The notes under the pieces are model-generated. The model did not search any database, was not told the origin of the DNA, and worked only from the letters and a program-made list of their open reading frames with translations. Made by a program: the position numbers and the translations under genes. 15,364 bases of DNA from Candidatus Buchananbacteria bacterium (GTDB lineage: Bacteria; Patescibacteriota; Patescibacteriia; Buchananbacterales; UBA6539): positions 1 through 15,364 of the forward strand of contig JAFGGX010000022.1 of the NCBI GenBank assembly GCA_016930315.1, in the 5' to 3' direction. Below are positions 1 through 5,778 of this stretch, in pieces (position 1 is the first letter of the stretch; every line of letters starts with the position of its first letter).

Positions 1-924
<924 letters not shown>

Positions 925-943
925 AATAACAATTAACAATTGA

Positions 944-1014
944 CAGTTAATGATTAACTGATTTGCTAATTGATTTTGCAACATTTGGTTGACTGTTAAA
1001 TGTTAACAGTCAAC
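944..1014. repeat. Two palindromes in the 16S leader region: cagttaat-g-attaactg (944-960) and gttgactgttaa-atg-ttaacagtcaac (988-1014, 12-bp arms)
   Basis: The reverse-complement symmetry is visible directly in the sequence. Both palindromes share a gac(a/t)gttaa core and lie immediately upstream of the 16S 5' end on the transcribed strand. Confidence 0.7.
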
Positions 1015-1208
1015 GATTGAAATGGCTGTTGCCGCCAATAATTTGAATTTATTGGAATTGACTAACCCATTTCTGCTCAAAAGCAGAAACGGTGGTTACT
1101 GTTGCTTTTCTGTTGTCAAAGACCTGTCTGCCAGTGGGCAGGTACATTTTTTTCTTGGCAAAATATCGTCAAGAAAAAACAGAGGGATCCGGGGTTTGCT
1201 GTCGCAAA

Positions 1209-1244
1209 CAGTTTTTTAGTTTTCAGTTTTTTAGTTTTCAGTTT
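1209..1244. repeat. Tandem repeat of a 15-nt unit, cagttttttagtttt, about 2.4 copies
   Basis: Exact copies sit at 1209-1223 and 1224-1238, with a partial third copy at 1239-1244. The repeat lies in the putative rRNA leader on the minus strand, where it reads as phased A-tracts. Confidence 0.8.
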
Positions 1245-1382
1245 ATGACTAAAAACTATCAACTAAATAACTTTTGACTGCGCGATAGCGCCAGATGCCA
1301 CTGTTTTTTCTCAAACCGTTTATGCAGTTTAAGTGATTTAATGTAGTGGTGCGGCTGTTTACTTAAATATTTAAGTGTCTAT

Positions 1383-1411
1383 ATATTACATCAATAATAA
1401 ATTACTGTCAA
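1383..1411 (-). promoter_or_regulatory. Candidate sigma70-type promoter reading leftward toward the 16S gene (TTGACA-17 nt-TAATAT on the minus strand)
   Basis: The minus strand reads TTGACA at plus 1406-1411 and TAATAT at plus 1383-1388, separated by a 17-nt spacer. The site is about 450 nt upstream of the 16S 5' end and immediately downstream of the trmD stop. Confidence 0.4.
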
Positions 1412-1449
1412 GTCTGTTTTAAATAACTTTAGACACAATTTATTAACAA

Positions 1450-2124
1450 TTAAATTTTGCGAATTTTGGCCATTTTTTGTCGCCACTCACTGATTTTTTT
1501 ATGGTTTCCGGACAACAAAATTTCAGGCACTTTTTGACCCTTATAATTTTCTGGTCGAGTATACTGCGGATATTCCACATAATCTGGGCTTGGACCAAAA
1601 GTTTCTTCGGCCAAGGCATCTTTGTGGCCGACTACGCTAGGGATATGGCGGGCCACCACCTCAGTGACAATCATAGCGGGCAGTTCGCCGCCGGCTAAAA
1701 CATAATTGCCAATCGAAATTTTTTCATCAACCAGCTTATCGATCCGAGCATCAAAGCCTTCGTAGCGGCCGGACAGTAAAATTAATTGATCATATTTAGC
1801 CAGTCGTTTACCCATTTTTTGGTCGAAGGTTTTGCCGGCTGGGGTAAGCATAATTACCCGGCTTTTATAGCCTGAGCGAGTCGAAGGCTTAGATTTAATT
1901 TTATTGATGGCTTTGGCAATTGGTTCAACCATTAAAATCATACCCGGCCCGCCACCAAACGGTCGGTCGTCAACTTGTTTATGTTTGCCAATGGTAAAAT
2001 CGCGTAGGTCGTGAGCCTTAATTTGAATTAGTTTTTTTTCTTGCGCCCGTTTTAAAATTGACTCATTGGCGTAGTGCTCAATGAGCTCAGGGAAGATGGT
2101 GATAATATCAAACTGGATCATAAG
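1450..2124 (-). CDS. trmD: tRNA (guanine37-N1)-methyltransferase TrmD
   Basis: The protein starts MIQFDIITIFPE, which is the canonical TrmD N-terminus, and contains the RPFGGGPGMI SPOUT-knot motif. I chose the M at 2124 as start, not the 2163 ORF start, which adds a non-homologous extension. Confidence 0.9.
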   Translation of the reverse strand, partial: LMIQFDIITIFPELIEHYANESILKRAQEKKLIQIKAHDLRDFTIGKHKQVDDRPFGGGPGMILMVEPIAKAINKIKSKPSTRSGYKSRVIMLTPAGKTFDQKMGKRLAKYDQLILLSGRYEGFDARIDKLVDEKISIGNYVLAGGELPAMIVTEVVARHIPSVVGHKDALAEETFGPSPDYVEYPQYTRPENYKGQKVPEILLSGNHKKISEWRQKMAKIRKI

Positions 2125-2214
2125 AATAAATGTTAGTTTATTTCGATACTCCAATATTATCACGTCAGAATAAAAAAGGGAAAGATTAATTTTTTTAAAA
2201 AAGTTGTATAATAA

Positions 2215-2781
2215 GTGTATATGAAATTAGAGACTAAACGTCAGGCTGTGCACATCCTCTTATTTTTGTTAGTTTTTTCGCCGTTTATTTTTGATCGGAT
2301 CCAAATGGCTGGGATTTTGGCTGTTCTATTTTTGTTGGCCAGTCTATTTGTGCCGCGATCAAAATTCAGAGTTTGGTTTTTTCGGGCTAAAGAAAAAAAA
2401 TATTCAGTCGGTGCTTCCGTTTATTTTTTAGTTTTGATTATTTTAGTTTTGTTTTTTCCGTTACCCGCCATTATCGCTGGTTGGTCGGCGTTGTCTTTGG
2501 GCGATGGGTTAGCCACCATTATTGGTTTAAGATATGGTCGCACAAAATTGCCTTGGAATAAGCAAAGAAGTTTTGTCGGATCAATTGCTTTTGCGATTGG
2601 CACTTTTGTTGGAATTGTTTTAGCGATGTCGTTTTTAATTCCGACTTTAAACCCGAGTTATATTGTGTTAGTAGCTTTGTTTGGCGGGTTAGTTGGCGCT
2701 ATAGTTGAGAGCTTGCCATTAAAAATTGATGACAACTTATCGGTGCCATTGGTAGTGGCAATTTTGGTGAGCTTGATTTAA
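2215..2781 (+). CDS. Polytopic membrane protein resembling the polyprenol/dolichol/phytol kinase family (CTP-transferase-like superfamily)
   Basis: The 188-aa product has about 6 hydrophobic helices. The motif SLGDGLATIIGLRYGRTKLPWNKQRSFVGSIAFAIG fits the GDxxAxxxG...K(S/T)xxG(S/T) signature of dolichol/phytol kinase-like proteins. TATAAT at 2203-2208 lies directly before the ATG, so the mRNA may be leaderless. Confidence 0.45.
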   Translation: MYMKLETKRQAVHILLFLLVFSPFIFDRIQMAGILAVLFLLASLFVPRSKFRVWFFRAKEKKYSVGASVYFLVLIILVLFFPLPAIIAGWSALSLGDGLATIIGLRYGRTKLPWNKQRSFVGSIAFAIGTFVGIVLAMSFLIPTLNPSYIVLVALFGGLVGAIVESLPLKIDDNLSVPLVVAILVSLI

Positions 2782-2785
2782 CGCC

Positions 2786-2852
2786 ATTTGTCATTCCCGA
2801 CCTGATCGGGAATCTGTTTTTTTTGGATTCCCGCTTTCGCGGGAATGACATG
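2786..2852 (+). terminator. Composite inverted-repeat element between convergent genes: hairpin attcccga-cctga-tcgggaat followed by T8, then a second hairpin attcccgc-tttc-gcgggaat, the whole nested in an outer inverted repeat gtcattcccg...cgggaatgac
   Basis: The stems and the T8 run are visible in the sequence. The first hairpin plus T-run looks like the intrinsic terminator for the 2215-2781 gene. Confidence 0.5.
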
Positions 2853-2869
2853 GAGGCGGGTGACGTGGT

Positions 2870-3430
2870 TTATAGTAGTGGCTCGAGATCCTGGAGGAGC
2901 TTTTCAAATTTTGTGTAGCCAGCTTTGGTGTTGAAGTGGCCAGAGCTGGGAATAAAAGTTAAATCAACCCTAAGCTTTTCCGCTAAAGATTCGCCATTAC
3001 CAAGTGAAACGTAGGGGTCGTCATCTGACTGATAAACTAAAAAGTGCTTAGCACTATTTTTTATTTTTGGCCAATCAAAATCAAAACCGCTGAAACTGCT
3101 ATCGCGCTGGTAATTTAAAATCGGCTTAACACCGATTGGCGTACCAACAAAAACGGCGGTGGCGATTGGTTTGGTTAATTTTTCTAAAACTCGCAAAGTA
3201 AAAACTCCGCCCAAGCTGTGGCCGATAATAATTGTATCTTGATTGATATACTTTTCGTAATTTTTAAAAACCGCAAACCATTCAGTGATTGAAGCTGGCA
3301 TAATCGGCGGTGAAGGAAATTGTGGTACAAAAACTCGATGGCCTTTTTCTTCTAGTTTTTGTTTCAGCCAAGGAAACCAGTTTTCTTCTGGGTAACCTTC
3401 GGTGCCGTGGAAAATAAAAATGTTTTTCAT
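2870..3430 (-). CDS. Alpha/beta-fold serine hydrolase of the YdeN/RBBP9-like family
   Basis: The N-terminus MKNIFIFHGTEGYPEENWFPWLKQKL is typical of this family, and a GHSLGG nucleophile elbow (G-x-S-x-G) is present. The start is assigned to M17 of the ORF (3430) by homology to family N-termini. Confidence 0.7.
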   Translation of the reverse strand: MKNIFIFHGTEGYPEENWFPWLKQKLEEKGHRVFVPQFPSPPIMPASITEWFAVFKNYEKYINQDTIIIGHSLGGVFTLRVLEKLTKPIATAVFVGTPIGVKPILNYQRDSSFSGFDFDWPKIKNSAKHFLVYQSDDDPYVSLGNGESLAEKLRVDLTFIPSSGHFNTKAGYTKFEKLLQDLEPLL

Positions 3431-3479
3431 GTTTTTATTATAGCAATTTATTTTTGATTTGAAACTAAGTTTTCTCATT

Positions 3480-3800
3480 GCTTTTTCACCTTCTAGATTC
3501 AGAAAGTGGAAAAATTTGTTTTTTCACCCTGACATAGGCCCTAGCCTAAATTTGGTGTTTAATTTAGGCTTTGTACTTTTGTGACCAAAAGTACCAAAAG
3601 TCCTGGGGGCACAAATTCGCCCTTCAGCGATGATTAGTTTTTATTCGGGTTTAGGTTGGGGCTCAGTTGTGCCCCCAGACCCCCCGAGTCTTGGTTTATT
3701 TTTGTTAGAGTCCTTAGCTTCTTTATATTTTGCCACTCGCCACTGCCTGCGCAGGCAGGCTTGTTTCAGGCCGTAGCGGTCGGGTAGTGATGTGTAAACA
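3480..3800. other. GC-rich, highly structured intergenic region; possibly an unidentified ncRNA or a long structured leader/trailer
   Basis: Several stems are visible. Hairpin agcctaaatt/aatttaggct spans 3543-3570 and hairpin gtacttttg/caaaagtac spans 3573-3594. A 12-bp long-range stem ctgggggcacaa (3603-3614) pairs with ttgtgcccccag (3667-3678). A 16-bp perfect palindrome ctgcctgcgcaggcag lies at 3743-3758. The GC content is visibly higher than in the flanking genes and no plausible ORF is present. Confidence 0.3.
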
Positions 3801-3803
3801 AAA

Positions 3804-3834
3804 CCGCCCCCGAGTTACGGGGGCGGCGATTTTG
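3804..3834 (-). terminator. Intrinsic terminator, bidirectional in form; it terminates the S16/KH transcript on the minus strand
   Basis: The stem ccgcccccg-agtta-cgggggcgg is flanked by a T-run on both strands. It lies 10 nt downstream of the KH gene stop. Confidence 0.6.
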
Positions 3835-3843
3835 TGACTCAAA

Positions 3844-4188
3844 TTATATCTTGAGGTCGTCTACCACTGAAGTGTCGGCTTCGACTGAAGCGGCTGCTTC
3901 GGTTGGTTTCACTCTTCTTTGTGAACCCTCTGGTTCATAAATTTTGAGGTTGACTCGGGCGTTGTTTTTGGCACCTACAATTTTGAGTAGGGTCCGAATA
4001 GCCCGGGCAGTTTGACCTTGGCGGCCGATGACATAACCCATATCAGCTGGGTTGATGTGTAGAGTGATCAACACTCCCATTTCATCGACTGTGCGTTCTG
4101 TCTTAACATCAGCAGGATTTGCTACGATTGCTCTGACGATGCTTTCGACAAATTGCTGGTCTGTTTGTTGCTCTGACATATATTGCAA
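3844..4188 (-). CDS. KH-domain RNA-binding protein (UPF0109/YlqC-like), the usual partner of rpsP
   Basis: The motif LHINPADMGYVIGRQGQTARAIRTLL contains the KH GxxG core (here GRQG). The gene sits directly downstream of rpsP, as in the conserved rpsP-KH-rimM-trmD cluster. Confidence 0.8.
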   Translation of the reverse strand: MQYMSEQQTDQQFVESIVRAIVANPADVKTERTVDEMGVLITLHINPADMGYVIGRQGQTARAIRTLLKIVGAKNNARVNLKIYEPEGSQRRVKPTEAAASVEADTSVVDDLKI

Positions 4189-4298
4189 TTCATCATTACT
4201 ACTTAATCTGCTTGCTAGCTCAGTCTGCCGACCTGTTTGGCATTAAATTATTTCGCCTTTGCAGCCTGGCTCTCAAGTTCAGTAAAAGAACTAACTCT

Positions 4299-4326
4299 AT
4301 TATACCACAACCATTGGTTTTGTCAA
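4299..4326 (-). promoter_or_regulatory. Near-consensus promoter for the KH gene on the minus strand (TTGACA-16 nt-TATAAT)
   Basis: The minus strand reads TTGACA at plus 4321-4326 and TATAAT at plus 4299-4304. It lies immediately after the rpsP terminator hairpin. Confidence 0.5.
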
Positions 4327-4329
4327 GTT

Positions 4330-4358
4330 AAAAACACCGCCAAGTTGGCGGTGTTTTT
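4330..4358. terminator. Perfect bidirectional intrinsic terminator/attenuator between rpsP and the KH gene
   Basis: The hairpin is aaaaacaccgcc-aagt-tggcggtgttttt. A-runs and T-runs flank the 8-bp GC stem on both sides. Confidence 0.6.
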
Positions 4359-4378
4359 GGTAATTTTTTTGTTCTAAA

Positions 4379-4861
4379 CTAAGCGGGCTTTTCTTCGGTT
4401 GGTTGTTCTGGTTTAGCTTCTGGTCCTGGAGTTTTTTCGGCCGGTTTTTCTTCTTCCTTTTTTTCTTCAACAGCTGGAGCAGGAGTTTCGGCGACTGGCT
4501 CTGCTTGTTTTTCGGCTGGTGCTTCTGCAGGGGCTTCAGTTGGAGTGGCTTCTTTTTTAACTTCAGCAGCTGGCGCAGCTTCTTCACCTTTTTTCTTTTT
4601 ACCACCAGAGGCTTTGACTTTTTTACCAGTCACCACATTTTGATCAATTAACATATTGTTGACAGTTGGTGACATTTGAGCGCCGAATTTGATCCAATGC
4701 AAGACTCGGTCTTTTTTGATTTCACAAACCTTGGTGAATGGATTGTAGTGACCCAAAATTTCCACGGCTTTACCTTGAGTATCTTTGGTGCTTTCGGAAA
4801 CAACAAAACGATAAGTTGGTTGTTTCTTTTTGCCGACGCGGGCTAATCGAATTTTTAGCAT
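4379..4861 (-). CDS. rpsP: 30S ribosomal protein S16 with a long C-terminal Lys/Ala/Pro/Glu-rich low-complexity extension
   Basis: The N-terminus MLKIRLARVGKKKQPTYRFVVSESTKDTQGKAVEILGHYNPF is canonical S16. Residues from about 85 onward are KKKKGEEAAPAAEVKKEATPTEAPAEAP... low complexity. Confidence 0.9.
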   Translation of the reverse strand: MLKIRLARVGKKKQPTYRFVVSESTKDTQGKAVEILGHYNPFTKVCEIKKDRVLHWIKFGAQMSPTVNNMLIDQNVVTGKKVKASGGKKKKGEEAAPAAEVKKEATPTEAPAEAPAEKQAEPVAETPAPAVEEKKEEEKPAEKTPGPEAKPEQPTEEKPA

Positions 4862-4878
4862 AAATTTATAATACTAAT

Positions 4879-4965
4879 TACGAATTAATACCAATGTTAC
4901 GAATATAAAATCTACGAACATTATTCGTAGATTGGTATGCGATTCGTAGATTCGCATTGCATACC
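4879..4965. repeat. Array of five TACGAA/TTCGTA hexamers in the rpsP upstream region. It includes a perfect 10-bp inverted repeat aatctacgaa-catta-ttcgtagatt (4909-4933), a direct 11-mer repeat attcgtagatt (4923-4933 and 4942-4952) and an enclosing stem ggtatgc/gcatacc (4934-4940 and 4959-4965)
   Basis: All copies are counted directly in the sequence. TACGAA lies at 4879, 4898 and 4913; TTCGTA lies at 4924 and 4943. The array sits 20-105 nt upstream of the rpsP start codon on the minus strand. Confidence 0.55.
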
Positions 4966-5114
4966 TATGAATTAATAATGATCTCATTTAATGCCGAGAT
5001 CGTGAGCACAACCTTTGTTACCTTATTAATGTATAGATTTACATTTAAGGTTTGAGTCTATTCTTACAAAGAATTTGGTTTTTGTCAAGAGTGGCTTGGT
5101 TTAGACATAAGTGC

Positions 5115-5144
5115 TTGACAAAATATAACTTTTAGGGTTATGAT
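5115..5144 (+). promoter_or_regulatory. Consensus sigma70-like promoter TTGACA-18 nt-TATGAT on the plus strand
   Basis: TTGACA lies at 5115-5120 and TATGAT at 5139-5144. The same 11-mer cttgacaaaat recurs at the island promoter at 11385-11395. Confidence 0.45.
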
Positions 5145-5252
5145 TTACAACATACTTTCCGATCTATCGCTCAGAGTTCTAAAGTCGTAAGACTTAAAGA
5201 GTTCTGTGATTGGTTAGTCATTTTCGTACTCATGTACGTGCGAGGTTGTATT

Positions 5253-5606
5253 ATGTCGTTACCGCAAGAAGCTCACGTAGACACGCCGTCACGCTCGTTG
5301 GAGTGGACAATGAATGGTCCTGAAGGCCTGCTGTCTAAGCCGACCAGAAATGAAGTCGATCATGTCTTGGCTTCGGAGCTCAGAAAAAAGCGCGACCCGA
5401 AGAAGATTCATGAAAGCCTCTCCCCCGACACCAGGCTTCGCGACATTCTTCCTAAGGAGGTCGTCGTTATTCATCCCCTTTGTTCGGTGGTGTGTAGGAG
5501 ATTGGAGATTCTTCCTGTCATGTCTTCTCGTATACCTCTCGATGATCAGACTTATGGAGATGTGCTTCAATTGCTTTGCGGTCTGTGTGGCTGCTCCCCC
5601 GCTTGA
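5253..5606 (+). CDS. Hypothetical 117-aa protein in a GC-rich cassette; it may alternatively be part of a structured RNA
   Basis: A GAGG lies 9 nt upstream of the ATG (gcgaggttgtattATG). The ORF is open in a local region of about 50% GC, where two other frames are also open. The predicted protein is charged and hydrophilic with a Cys-rich C-terminus (LCGLCGCSPA) and matches no family I recognise. Confidence 0.35.
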   Translation: MSLPQEAHVDTPSRSLEWTMNGPEGLLSKPTRNEVDHVLASELRKKRDPKKIHESLSPDTRLRDILPKEVVVIHPLCSVVCRRLEILPVMSSRIPLDDQTYGDVLQLLCGLCGCSPA

Positions 5607-5742
5607 AAGGATGGTAGAGGAGAGGAGTTTTGCTCATTGTCATTTTCTTATCATTCCGGCCTGTGGCTGGTGTGGTAAACCAAACTTCGGTCAATGACCG
5701 AAACTAAAACCGCCGGAGCTCCAAAAGCCCCGGCGAATTTCT

Positions 5743-5767
5743 GCCCAAAATTTGTGGGCATTTTTTT
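5743..5767 (+). terminator. Intrinsic terminator for the plus-strand GC-rich unit: gcccaaaatttgtgggc followed by T7. A second hairpin cgccgg...ccggcg at 5711-5735 may serve the convergent SMC gene
   Basis: The stem plus TTTTTTT run is visible in the sequence. Confidence 0.5.
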
Positions 5768-5778
5768 ATTTTGAGGAT

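Noticed and set aside
1022-1277. ORFs 1022..1219 and 1092..1277 in the rRNA leader
   Set aside because: They lie in the repeat-rich, palindrome-rich rRNA upstream region, have no RBS and are in the wrong orientation relative to the rRNA transcript. They are most likely non-coding.
1477-1698. ORF antisense to trmD
   Set aside because: It is fully embedded in the trmD CDS on the opposite strand and matches no family.
2125-2163. 13-codon N-terminal extension of the trmD ORF (start at 2163)
   Set aside because: TrmD homologs begin at MxFDIITxFPE. The internal M at 2124 matches this and the extension is not conserved.
3480-3800. Assignment of the structured spacer to tmRNA, RNase P RNA, SRP RNA or 6S RNA
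   Set aside because: By eye I could not find the diagnostic motifs. There is no P4 GGAAAGUCCGGGC or ACAGAACCCGGCUUA pair, no tag-peptide frame with a tRNA-like 3' end, and no GGAAGCAGCC SRP domain IV motif. It is left as an unidentified candidate.
4300-4651. ORFs 4300..4605 (-) and 4403..4651 (+) overlapping the rpsP 3' end
   Set aside because: They are alternate-frame or antisense readings of the low-complexity Lys/Ala/Pro-coding tail of S16 (poly-K/L and poly-F products).
5289-5697. ORFs 5314..5697 (+) and 5289..5570 (-) overlapping the 5253..5606 ORF
   Set aside because: The alternate frames give Cys/Trp/Phe-rich, junk-like translations without an RBS. I keep only the SD-preceded frame as a tentative CDS, and note the multi-frame openness as a composition signal.
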